Position numbers and translations under genes: made by a program. This document shows positions 1 to 8,560 of a stretch of 64,000 nucleotides of DNA, piece by piece. Numbering within the stretch: position 1 is the first letter of the stretch; each line of letters opens with the position of its first letter. The notes beneath the pieces are model-generated. The model did not search any database and had not been told where the DNA came from. It saw only the letters and a program-made list of their open reading frames with translations. This DNA comes from an uncultured delta proteobacterium (lineage in GTDB: Bacteria > Desulfobacterota > Desulfobacteria > Desulfobacterales > UBA2156), in contig CAVOQY010000013.1 in the NCBI GenBank assembly GCA_963698465.1, positions 486,687-550,686 of the forward strand. Reading direction: 5' to 3'.

Positions 1-139
1 CCACGCTGGTGCACCAAGCGACCTTCTTCTTTGCCGACTTGGAAGCCTCGTCCAGTTCATAGTAATAATCGGCCATGAACTTGCCGAGATCTTTTGCCGT
101 TTTCAAACGCCGAATCACGATCTCTTTTTCCTGTTCCAT
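1..139 (-). CDS. 2-hydroxyacyl-CoA dehydratase family subunit (HgdA/B, FldB/C, BcrB/C-like), N-terminal part; runs off the window edge
   Basis: Not in the ORF track. Manual translation from ATG at 139 (GGAGG SD at ~147-152) gives MEQEKEIVIRRLKTAKDLGKFMADYYYELDEASKSAKKKVAWCTSV. The KVAWCTS motif and the position after an activase fit this family. Confidence 0.7.
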   Translation of the reverse strand, partial: MEQEKEIVIRRLKTAKDLGKFMADYYYELDEASKSAKKKVAWCTSV

Positions 140-300
140 TTATGCTACCTCCCTGAAGTATTGGTGTTGCCTCAAATGCTTTCAACCCCGACTGACCGGC
201 TGCTTCCCAGGATCCCGTCTGTATTGCAACCGGCCCTCGGTCCTCCCGGCGCCACCGATGGATCCGACTCGTCGATGACAGGAGGCAAGCGTCCGGGCAA

Positions 301-1137
301 TCAGGTTTTCTGCTCCGACTCCAAAGCATACAGGGCGGCGCCGACGGCGCCGGTCAACTGGGGGTGCGGAGGAACCAGAACCGATCTTGCGATCTGATCT
401 TCCGTCATCTGAACCAGATAAGGATTGTGGGCCACCACCCCGCCGGTCATGACGACTCTTTCCGTCAAGGAATCCATCTCCAGGATCCTTTTGACCACCG
501 AATAGAACAGCCCCTTGACGATGTCTTCGATCTTCTTGCCGCCGCGGATGTTTTCCAGGACTTCGGTGGCCGAAAAAACCGTGCAGAAACTGCCGAGCTT
601 CACCATGTCCCCGGACTTGCGGGCCAGCCCGTCCATCTCCTCCAGCGGGATGTCCAGACGGGCGGACATCTCTTCCAGAAATGCGCCGGTGCCGGCGGCG
701 CACTTGCGGTTCATCTTGAAGCTGAGCCGGCGCCCCGCGTCATCCAGTTTGATGATTTTATTGTCCTGTCCGCCGATGTCGATGATGGTGATCGCTTCCG
801 GGAAATAATGGTAACATCCCTTTCCATGGCACCCGATTTCGGTCCGGGTATCCATGGAAAAGGCGACGTTCTTGCGGCCGTACCCGGTGGAGACCGTATA
901 GGAGACGTCTTCTGAATTACGCCCGGCCATGCGAAGGGAAGCCTTGAGGCAGGCATCCGCGGTGGCTTCAAAGTCGGTTCCGGATTTCAGGACCTCCCAG
1001 CCGAGCAGATTCAAACCCGCATCCAGAAGCGCCACCTTGGTTCTGGAGGAGCCGACATCCACCCCGGCAAAGAGCCGCCCCGGCTTCGATCCCTGGGTCT
1101 GTTGGCTTCTTGTAGATTTCTTTGTCTCGGCTGCCAA
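301..1137 (-). CDS. acyl-CoA dehydratase activase (HgdC/BadF/BadG/BcrA/BcrD ATPase, 4Fe-4S)
   Basis: Motifs GVDVGSSRTK, STGYGR, IIDIGGQDNK, MNRKCAAGTGAFLE, SFCTVF, TGGV, GAVGAAL. Confidence 0.93.
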   Translation of the reverse strand: MAAETKKSTRSQQTQGSKPGRLFAGVDVGSSRTKVALLDAGLNLLGWEVLKSGTDFEATADACLKASLRMAGRNSEDVSYTVSTGYGRKNVAFSMDTRTEIGCHGKGCYHYFPEAITIIDIGGQDNKIIKLDDAGRRLSFKMNRKCAAGTGAFLEEMSARLDIPLEEMDGLARKSGDMVKLGSFCTVFSATEVLENIRGGKKIEDIVKGLFYSVVKRILEMDSLTERVVMTGGVVAHNPYLVQMTEDQIARSVLVPPHPQLTGAVGAALYALESEQKT

Positions 1138-1164
1138 GCCCTCTCCGATAAAGCCGGGTCCCGT

Positions 1165-2112
1165 TTAAAATTTGGATTCCAATCCTTTGACCAGGGAACG
1201 CAGCGTGGTGTTGTAAGGGGTGGGTACCCCTGCCCGTTCCCCGTATTTTACGAACTTCCCGTTGATGAAATCGATTTCCGTGAGGCGCCGGTTCTCGATG
1301 TCCATCAGCATGGACGGCTTATGATCGCCGGCATGGCTCATGTAATCCATCGCATGGGTGTAGTAATCCCACCCTAAGGAAATTTCGTTGGCCCGGGCCA
1401 CCTGGATGCATTCCTTGACCAGGGAATCCACGATCTTGAAGACGATGGGGTCATTCATGGCCTGCGCCATGGTCAGACCGGTGACGGCGCACACCGGGTT
1501 CATGGAGGCGTTCATGATGCTCTTCCTCCAGACCATGGAAACAATCTGGTCCGTATGCCGGGTTTCCAGCCCCCCACGGGTCAGGGCATCGGCGATTTTG
1601 ACGGCGGGCGCCTTCGAGTCGGGGTCGAGTTCCTGAAGGAAATGGGGGGGATGGTGAAACGGCATCTTGACATGGGCCGGACCCAGAAGGCCGCAGCCGT
1701 AATTGACCACGGCGCGCATGGAAGCCTTCTTTCCCAGGACCTTGGCGATTTCAAGCTCCGTATCGATCCCGTTCTGCCAGCTCACGACCACCAGGCCGTC
1801 CCGGTGGAAATCCTCGATGGCAGAGACGATCAGGGGCAGGACATTGGCCTTCACGGTGATGAAAATGACATCGGGATTGATGTCCGCGAGTTCATCGACG
1901 CTGGTACAGGTGGCGCTTACGGTTTGCGTGAGGCTCTCCGCCCCTTCAATGATGATGCCTCTTCCCACCGCCGGTGCCACGAGGTCCGGGATCACATCGC
2001 ATAACACGACTTCATAACCGCCCTTGGCTAAAAAAGCCGCCACGATGCATCCCACCGGCCCCGCCCCGATGACGGCAAAGGAACGGGGACCAACTGTCGG
2101 CTTCTTTTTCAT
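1165..2112 (-). CDS. panE: ketopantoate reductase (PanE/ApbA) family oxidoreductase
   Basis: GAGPVG Rossmann motif, FITVKA, SWQNGI, WRKSIMNASMNP, KPSMLMDIENRRLTEIDFING. Confidence 0.9.
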   Translation of the reverse strand: MKKKPTVGPRSFAVIGAGPVGCIVAAFLAKGGYEVVLCDVIPDLVAPAVGRGIIIEGAESLTQTVSATCTSVDELADINPDVIFITVKANVLPLIVSAIEDFHRDGLVVVSWQNGIDTELEIAKVLGKKASMRAVVNYGCGLLGPAHVKMPFHHPPHFLQELDPDSKAPAVKIADALTRGGLETRHTDQIVSMVWRKSIMNASMNPVCAVTGLTMAQAMNDPIVFKIVDSLVKECIQVARANEISLGWDYYTHAMDYMSHAGDHKPSMLMDIENRRLTEIDFINGKFVKYGERAGVPTPYNTTLRSLVKGLESKF

Positions 2113-2203
2113 CGCTCATCCTCTTTCCCCAAAGGGCATTCCCCTGTCCCCGGCATTAAGCCCGCATTCCGAAATGCGGATGCCAGGCTCAAAGATCATC
2201 CCT

Positions 2204-2650
2204 TCAGCTTTCGGTTTCCAGCATTCCGAACGCTTTGGCATCCAAAACACGGATTCCCTTTTTTTTGAGGATCTCCACGGCTCTTTCGTTGTCGCTGAAA
2301 CGGAAGATCATCACTGCTTTTTTTGAGGAAAATCCGGTAAATGCATAAGTATAAAGGGCGTGCACCTTGGCATCCAACAAATATTTCAGCATCTTGGCAA
2401 GGCTTCCAGGCTTATCCTCGATTTGAGCCGCCACCACCTCGTTGATCTGGGCGGGCAGGTGTTTTTTCATCAGGATCCGTCGGGTCGTGGCCACATCCGA
2501 AACGAGAAGGCGAAGCAGACCGAAGCCCCCTCCCGTTTCCACCAGATTCAGCGCCCGCAGGTTGATCCCGGCGTCTCCCAGGGCCTTGGTGACCTCATAG
2601 AGGCGCGCGGGAGAGTTTTCGATGGAAATGGATACTTGTTTGAGCTTCAT
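2204..2650 (-). CDS. tandem ACT-domain protein
   Basis: QVSISIENSPARL...GINLRAL and IEDKPGSLAKML repeats, typical of double-ACT proteins often linked to acyl-CoA ligase loci. Confidence 0.85.
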   Translation of the reverse strand: MKLKQVSISIENSPARLYEVTKALGDAGINLRALNLVETGGGFGLLRLLVSDVATTRRILMKKHLPAQINEVVAAQIEDKPGSLAKMLKYLLDAKVHALYTYAFTGFSSKKAVMIFRFSDNERAVEILKKKGIRVLDAKAFGMLETES

Positions 2651-2682
2651 GGGCCACCTTCCTTTTCTTCGGCACCCGGCGG

Positions 2683-2785
2683 GGATTCAAGCCTTTCGGG
2701 AATCCGGCCGCGTACTCCGGAATCGAGCGGCGCCTGGAAAACCCGTTGCGGGCGCCGTCGCCTTATCCTCCGGCTCCCCCGGAGG
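2683..2785 (-). ncRNA. candidate structured 5' leader (four tandem hairpins) of the ACT-panE-activase-dehydratase operon
   Basis: Stems at 2767-2773/2779-2785, 2728-2734/2751-2757, 2703-2707/2717-2721 and 2683-2688/2700-2705, the last with an inner CC-GAAA-GG tetraloop on the minus strand. Confidence 0.35.
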
Positions 2786-2793
2786 CCGCTGGA

Positions 2794-2799
2794 ATTATA
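2794..2799 (-). promoter_or_regulatory. -10 box (TATAAT) for the leftward operon, no recognisable -35
   Basis: Plus strand ATTATA at 2794-2799, in an AT-rich intergenic patch. Confidence 0.5.
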
Positions 2800-2837
2800 T
2801 TTTCAATAAATTTAATGCGTTGGATAATCTTTGGGAT

Positions 2838-2866
2838 TTAACAGTTAATCACATTCTAACTATAAT
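2838..2866 (+). promoter_or_regulatory. near-consensus sigma70 promoter TTAACA-N17-TATAAT facing antisense into the MFS gene
   Basis: TTAACA at 2838-2843, TATAAT at 2861-2866, 17-nt spacer. Confidence 0.5.
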
Positions 2867-2870
2867 GTGA
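2849..2870. promoter_or_regulatory. palindromic operator candidate TCACATT-N8-AATGTGA
   Basis: Perfect 7-bp arms at 2849-2855 and 2864-2870, with inner TA/TA symmetry. Confidence 0.5.
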
Positions 2871-2925
2871 CTACACAGGGGAGCCGGTGAAGTCAAGAAA
2901 AAATCGATCCAGGGGATCCGATTCC

Positions 2926-4197
2926 TCAGGGTCCCTCCTTGGGTGTCAGGGTTTCCCTGATGAACAGGCTGGAAAGCGTGGCGACAACGGCACAGGCAAA
3001 AAGGATGGAAAAAGCCGCCTGATAGGCTTCAACGGGAAACACCCCCTCTCCCCGGCCGTATCGTTCCAGGGTGTACCCCAAAACCGGCTGGAATACCGCT
3101 CCCCCTGCAAAAGGGAACAGGTTGACCAGGCCGGTGGCTGTTCCGGCGATTTTCACAGGGAAAAGCTCTTTGTTTGCCGTAAATCCAATCACCACGATGG
3201 CGCTGGAAAAGACTCCCAACATCAGGCAGACCCCATAAAGTCCTACAACGGGAATTCGGTCCGGGAAAAAAGCCAGGAAGAAAGTGGTGGCCAGCATCAG
3301 GGCGCTGGAAAGGACAATGACGGGTTTTCGGGCCTTGACGACGGAACTGGAGACAAAGCTGAGAAAAGGGCTTCCCACGATCATCCCCACCGCCAGCATG
3401 GAAAGGATCTGTCCCGCCTGGTCCCGGCTCATGCCGTAGACGTGCATCAGGTAGGGTCCTCCCCAAAGACCCCCGAAGGAAAAAAAGACGGCGCAGTCAA
3501 AAAAGAACCAGACCGCAAGCGGCCAAAAAGCCGGGGTCTTCAGAACATGCCGGACCCCTTCCATGAGGTTCGAAAAGTCCTGTCCTGAAGGTCCCTTCCT
3601 CTCGGGTGACGTGTCCTTTGCAGGTTCCGGGCGATCCTGAACAAAACCCCAAACCAGGACAGCCAAAACCAGCGTGAAAACCCCCACCGTGGCAAAGGAC
3701 ATCCGCCATCCGATCTTCGCGCTCAGCAGGGCCAAGGGGGTGGCTGCCGTCAGGGATCCGATTCCGCCCATGGCCATCAGGATACCGGTCATGAAGGCGA
3801 ATTCTTTCTGGGTAAACCACTCGGCCAAGATTTTCATGGCAGGGACGAAGAGCATGGCCACCCCGAAACCCACCAGGGTACGCCCTGCGATGGCCCAAAA
3901 AACGGAGGGCGCCGCACCCAGCAGGACGGAGCCCAGAAAGGCCACGATGAAAAAGACGGTGATGGTTTTACGGGGTCCCCAGGAGTCGGACAGAAGCCCT
4001 GCAGGAAGCTGCATCACGGCGTAAGGGTAAAAATACGCGGCCCCTAAAAATCCCGTCAGCGCGCCGCCGGCCTTCAAGTCCCGCATCATGTCCACCGCCA
4101 CGACGGCAGGGCAAAGCCGATGAAAATAAACCAAAACGTACCCAAAGGCGATGATCCAGAAAATGAGCCACCGGTATCCCGCAGACTGTCGGTTCAT
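2926..4197 (-). CDS. MFS transporter
   Basis: About 12 hydrophobic segments and motif A-like GLLSDSWGPRK. Confidence 0.92.
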   Translation of the reverse strand: MNRQSAGYRWLIFWIIAFGYVLVYFHRLCPAVVAVDMMRDLKAGGALTGFLGAAYFYPYAVMQLPAGLLSDSWGPRKTITVFFIVAFLGSVLLGAAPSVFWAIAGRTLVGFGVAMLFVPAMKILAEWFTQKEFAFMTGILMAMGGIGSLTAATPLALLSAKIGWRMSFATVGVFTLVLAVLVWGFVQDRPEPAKDTSPERKGPSGQDFSNLMEGVRHVLKTPAFWPLAVWFFFDCAVFFSFGGLWGGPYLMHVYGMSRDQAGQILSMLAVGMIVGSPFLSFVSSSVVKARKPVIVLSSALMLATTFFLAFFPDRIPVVGLYGVCLMLGVFSSAIVVIGFTANKELFPVKIAGTATGLVNLFPFAGGAVFQPVLGYTLERYGRGEGVFPVEAYQAAFSILFACAVVATLSSLFIRETLTPKEGP

Positions 4198-4386
4198 TTT
4201 TGGGCTCCCCTGCTTCTTTGTTCGCTTTCAGGAATCGCTTCCGGCCCCCACCGGTTGGCGTCTTTTTTGAAGGATATGCAGGAAAGACCTGGAAAAGTCA
4301 ACAGGCTCTAAGAAGGCTTTTTCAGCCAGACAGCGCCGCTTTTGGAAAAGAGAGGCTCTGCGCCCGCGGCCAGAAATCGATTCGGA

Positions 4387-4415
4387 TTGATTTCACCACC
4401 GATCGAGGCTATATT
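4387..4415 (+). promoter_or_regulatory. sigma70-like promoter TTGATT-N17-TATATT upstream of rng/rne
   Basis: Direct reading; correct spacing and orientation. Confidence 0.45.
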
Positions 4416-4467
4416 TTTCAAATTCGGGCGCATTTTTCAAACCGATACTGTAAAGGAAACCGCATTC

Positions 4468-5928
4468 ATGGGAACTCAGATTCTGATGAACGTTCTGGAT
4501 CCGGAGGAATACCGGATCGCCAAGGTCACGGGCGGAAGGCTGGAAGATTTTTACATCGAAAGCGCTTCCCGGGCGACCATCCAGGGCAACATTTATAAAG
4601 GCGTCGTTTCCCGCATCGTTCCGAGCCTCCAGGCCGTGTTCGTGGAGTTGGGCGTCGAGAGGCACGGTTTTTTACAAAAGCATGAAATCCACAGCGATTA
4701 TTTCCAGGACATCGATGCAGGGGACCGCTCCATTTCCAACCTTCTCAAGCGCGGCCAGGAGCTTTTGGTCCAGGTGAACAAGGAACCCTCGGCCCAGAAA
4801 GGGGCTCTTCTGACCACCTACATTTCCCTGCCGGGCAGGCACCTGGTCCTGATGCCCGGAAGCAAGACCCGGGGCATCTCTCGAAAGATCGAAGAAGAGG
4901 CGGAGCGCAACCGGATCCGGGATCTGGTGGACAAGCTCAAGGTTCCCGAGAGCTTCGGACTCATCGTCAGGACCGCCGGCAGCGATTGCATCAAAACCGT
5001 GCTCCACAAGGACTTGGGATATCTGTTGCGCCTGTGGAAAAACATCAAGAAGAAAGGGATCAAGAGCAAGGCGCCGGCCCTTTTATACAAAGAGCGCAAC
5101 CTGGTCTACCGCTCCATCCGGGACTATTTCACCCCCGAAGTCACCGAGATCCTCGTGGATGACGAAACGGCATTCAACGAGGTCAAAGATTTCTTCAAAA
5201 TGGTCTCCACGCGCCAGGGGGAGATCGTTAAACTGCACCAGGGTCCGGAACCCATTTTGGCTCGGGACGACCTGGAAGAGCAGATCGCCTCCATCTTCGA
5301 AAGCCGCGTGAAACTGAAATCCGGAGGTTCCATCGTCATCAGCCAGACCGAGGCGCTGGTCGCCATCGATGTGAATTCCGGAAAGGCGACCCAGAGAAAA
5401 AGCATCGAGCAGACCGCCCTGCAGACCAACCTGGAAGCCGCGGAGGAAATCGCACGGCAGCTCAGGCTCAGGGACTTGGGGGGATTGATCGTCATCGATT
5501 TCATCGACATGCGGGACACCAAGCACAAGCTCGAGGTGGAAAAAAGGCTGAAAACCCAGCTGAAAACCGACCGTGCCCGGACCAACCTGGGCCGGATATC
5601 CAAGTTCGGGCTCTTGGAGATGACCCGGCAGCGGATTCGACCGTCCATTGAATATACGAGTTATGAACCCTGCAGGCATTGCCGCGGCAGGGGGATCACC
5701 CCTTCGGTGGAAACGCTTGCGCTCCGGTTTCTGCGGCAGCTGCAGATGGACACCTTGAAGGAAAAAAGCGCCTACGTCCGGGCCCTTCTCCCCCCGGACG
5801 TGGCTTCCTATCTGCTTAACAAGAAGCGAAAAGAAATCTCCGACATCGAGTCCAAGAGAGAGTGCGGCATTCACATCGAACCCCAGCCCTCCATGGTTCC
5901 CGGGGACAGCGAGCTCCTTTTCGAATGA
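4468..5928 (+). CDS. rng: ribonuclease E/G family endoribonuclease (catalytic domain, short RNase G-like form)
   Basis: GNIYKGVV S1 domain, AIDVNSG, RLRDLGGLIVIDFIDM, CRHCRGRG Zn-link. ATG 4468 chosen for its AAAGGA SD. Confidence 0.92.
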   Translation: MGTQILMNVLDPEEYRIAKVTGGRLEDFYIESASRATIQGNIYKGVVSRIVPSLQAVFVELGVERHGFLQKHEIHSDYFQDIDAGDRSISNLLKRGQELLVQVNKEPSAQKGALLTTYISLPGRHLVLMPGSKTRGISRKIEEEAERNRIRDLVDKLKVPESFGLIVRTAGSDCIKTVLHKDLGYLLRLWKNIKKKGIKSKAPALLYKERNLVYRSIRDYFTPEVTEILVDDETAFNEVKDFFKMVSTRQGEIVKLHQGPEPILARDDLEEQIASIFESRVKLKSGGSIVISQTEALVAIDVNSGKATQRKSIEQTALQTNLEAAEEIARQLRLRDLGGLIVIDFIDMRDTKHKLEVEKRLKTQLKTDRARTNLGRISKFGLLEMTRQRIRPSIEYTSYEPCRHCRGRGITPSVETLALRFLRQLQMDTLKEKSAYVRALLPPDVASYLLNKKRKEISDIESKRECGIHIEPQPSMVPGDSELLFE

Positions 5929-5995
5929 GCATCGGGCGGTTGACACCCGAACCCGTTTCGGATATCCAAGCTTCCATTTAGAAAGCAGGAATGTC

Positions 5996-7309
5996 ATGAT
6001 TCCAAGATATACCCGAAAAGTCATGGGGGACCTCTGGTCCGACGAGAACAAGTACCGGACCTGGCTCAAGGTGGAAATCTTCGCCTGCGAGGCCATGGCC
6101 AAGATGGGGAAGATCCCCGAAGAGGCCCTGAGAATCCTTCAAAAAAAAGCCGCGTTCTCGGTGGAGCGGATCGCGGAGATCGAGGAGAAGACCAAGCACG
6201 ACGTCATCGCCTTCACCACCAGCGTCGCGGAACACGTGGGCCCGGCCGCCCGGTACCTCCACATGGGGCTGACCTCGTCGGATGTCCTGGATACCAGCAT
6301 GGCGGTCCTGTTGAAAGAGGCCGGAAAAATCATCCTGAAAGGCCTCGACGGGCTCATGGAAGCCATCAAGGAACGGGCGCTGGAACATCAAAACACGCCC
6401 ATGATCGGCCGCTCCCATGGAATCCATGCGGAGCCGATCACCTTCGGCCTCAAGCTGTCGGTGTGGTACGATGAAATGCGCCGCAACAAGAAGCGGTTCC
6501 AAAGCGCGGTGAAAACCATCGCTTACGGAAAGATCTCCGGCGCCGTCGGGACGTTTGCCAACACTTCCCCCGAAATCGAAGCCTATGTGTGCAGGAAACT
6601 GGGGCTGAAACCGGCCCCGGCATCCACCCAAATCATCCAGCGGGACCGGTACGCCGAATACTTTGCCGCCCTGGCCATCATGGGGGCTTCCATCGAAAAG
6701 ATCGCCGTGGAAATCCGGCACCTGCAGCGCACGGAAGTCCTCGAGGCCGAAGAATCCTTCGCCAAAGGCCAGAAAGGTTCATCGGCCATGCCCCATAAAC
6801 GAAACCCGGTGGGTTCGGAGAACCTGTCGGGCCTGGCGCGTCTTCTGAGAACCAACGCTTTGGCGGCGATGGAAAACATCTGCCTGTGGCATGAACGGGA
6901 CATCAGCCACTCCTCCGTAGAACGCGTCATCGCACCCGACAGCACCATTCTGATGGACTACATCCTCCACCGCATGACCGCGATCCTTTCAAATCTTAAG
7001 GTGTATCCCGAAAACATGAAGTCCAATCTCCACCGGCTCAAGGGCCTGATCTTTTCCCAGCAGGTGCTTCTGGCGCTGGTGGACGTCGGGGTGTCGAGGG
7101 AAGAGGCTTACGGCTGGGTTCAGGAAAACGCGATGATCGCCTGGCGACGAAAAAAAGATTTCAAGCAATTGATCTCAAAGGACAAACGGATCCTTCGGCA
7201 CCTGTCACGGAAAAAAATCGAGGAACTGTTTGACGTCAATTACCATTTAAAGTATATCCCGGCCATTTTTGAGCGCGTTTTCGGCAAGAGGAGACCGCGT
7301 GAAAATTAG
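5996..7309 (+). CDS. purB: adenylosuccinate lyase
   Basis: MIPRY start, GRSHGIHAEP, signature GSSAMPHKRNP, WHERDISHSS. Confidence 0.97.
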   Translation: MIPRYTRKVMGDLWSDENKYRTWLKVEIFACEAMAKMGKIPEEALRILQKKAAFSVERIAEIEEKTKHDVIAFTTSVAEHVGPAARYLHMGLTSSDVLDTSMAVLLKEAGKIILKGLDGLMEAIKERALEHQNTPMIGRSHGIHAEPITFGLKLSVWYDEMRRNKKRFQSAVKTIAYGKISGAVGTFANTSPEIEAYVCRKLGLKPAPASTQIIQRDRYAEYFAALAIMGASIEKIAVEIRHLQRTEVLEAEESFAKGQKGSSAMPHKRNPVGSENLSGLARLLRTNALAAMENICLWHERDISHSSVERVIAPDSTILMDYILHRMTAILSNLKVYPENMKSNLHRLKGLIFSQQVLLALVDVGVSREEAYGWVQENAMIAWRRKKDFKQLISKDKRILRHLSRKKIEELFDVNYHLKYIPAIFERVFGKRRPREN

Positions 7310-7964
7310 CGGCAAGGCCTTCGGGATACCCGGTCGCACGGCATTGGCCCTTTCCGCTTTGCTGCTGCTGGCAGCGGGCTGCACCTCGCCCGGATCCGCC
7401 AGGCGGTTCGTGGGATGGGAGGGCCCCTATGCCGGAGGAAGTTATCCCCGGGCCGTCGAGCAGTGGACCCGGGAAGGAAGGATCTACCGTGGGCTTGAAC
7501 TCGAACTGCTGGGACATGCCACCTACAAGTCGGATGACTTCAGAAGGGCGTTCGTGAAAGAATACGCAAGAGCCTATCAATTGAGCGAAGACGGAATCCG
7601 TGCCCTTGAACGGGAGGAAGCCCAAGCGGCCCAAGGCGCTTACGAATTCCTATTCGCCGCTTATGTCCCTGAGACGCCGCTGAACGATTTCGACCAAAAA
7701 AATCCGTCCTGGAAGTTCTATCTTTTCCTGGGGGATGACCAGGCCATACAACCGGAAGCCATTGAAAAAACGAAGGTGGACCCAACGATCCGGCATTTTT
7801 TCCCTTACCTGAACCCCTGGAAAACCTTTTACACGGTCCGTTTCCCGAAAACATCCACTGCGCAGGGAGATGCACCGGTTCGGCTGAGGGTCACCGGCGT
7901 CCGCGGTCGTATCGACATGACCTGGAAGCCGGTTTCACCGGGCAAGGGAGCTGTTTTGCCTTGA
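7299..7964 (+). CDS. putative lipoprotein, unknown function
   Basis: GTG at 7299 overlapping the purB end with an AGGAG SD; signal peptide with lipobox LLAAGC. Confidence 0.7.
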   Translation: MKISGKAFGIPGRTALALSALLLLAAGCTSPGSARRFVGWEGPYAGGSYPRAVEQWTREGRIYRGLELELLGHATYKSDDFRRAFVKEYARAYQLSEDGIRALEREEAQAAQGAYEFLFAAYVPETPLNDFDQKNPSWKFYLFLGDDQAIQPEAIEKTKVDPTIRHFFPYLNPWKTFYTVRFPKTSTAQGDAPVRLRVTGVRGRIDMTWKPVSPGKGAVLP

Positions 7965-8050
7965 AGTCAAGGCTTTTTCTTCATCAAGAACATCTTCTTC
8001 CCGTCGATCCGGCGGGAGACCTATTTCATCATCTAAAGGAGGCGTAAATT

Positions 8051-8404
8051 TTGACCAGTTTAGCGTATGCCATGGGCCAGGGAGGAGCTGCGGGACAGGG
8101 GGCCGGAGGCGGATTCACCGCCTTTATTCCACTGATCCTCATGTTCGTCATTTTTTATTTTCTCTTGATCCGTCCCCAGCAGAAAAAGAACAAGGATCAC
8201 CGGGCGATGATCGGGAACCTGAAAAAAGGAGACCGCATCATCACTTCGGGCGGGATTCACGGAAGAATCACCGGAGCCGACGAAAACACCCTCACAGTAG
8301 AGATCGCCGAAAAGGTCCGCGTCAAGCTCAACCGTGGGAATGTGGCCGCGATGCTGCAGGCCGCCGCCAGCCCTCCGGCCCAGAAAGAACCTGAAAAAAA
8401 ATAG
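8051..8404 (+). CDS. yajC: preprotein translocase subunit YajC
   Basis: FYFLLIRPQQKK, LKKGDRIITSGGIHG; AAGGAGG SD; upstream of secD. Confidence 0.95.
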   Translation: MTSLAYAMGQGGAAGQGAGGGFTAFIPLILMFVIFYFLLIRPQQKKNKDHRAMIGNLKKGDRIITSGGIHGRITGADENTLTVEIAEKVRVKLNRGNVAAMLQAAASPPAQKEPEKK

Positions 8405-8420
8405 GCCTGAAACCCTTTTC

Positions 8421-8518
8421 AAGCCCCGGGTCGCGCGCGACGCCGCCTTCCCCGCCCCCACAATTGGGCGGAGGATTCTTAAGGCCGTAAGATTGATAGA
8501 GACCGCAGGCCGGGGCTT
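8421..8518. other. multi-branched inverted-repeat element in the yajC-secD spacer
   Basis: AAGCCCCGG (8421-8429) and CCGGGGCTT (8510-8518) enclose three smaller hairpins. Confidence 0.35.
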
Positions 8519-8560
8519 TTCTCATGCCGGAGGCTCCCCTCCGATGAAAGGGAAGAACCA

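Noticed and set aside
2887-3588. 233-aa plus-strand ORF downstream of the strong rightward promoter
   Set aside because: Fully antisense to the MFS gene, no recognisable domain, and poor SD spacing. Retained only as part of the antisense-promoter finding.
8421-8518. tRNA gene
   Set aside because: Cloverleaf-like, but no D-loop GG, T-loop TTCRA, 7-nt anticodon loop or proper acceptor stem.
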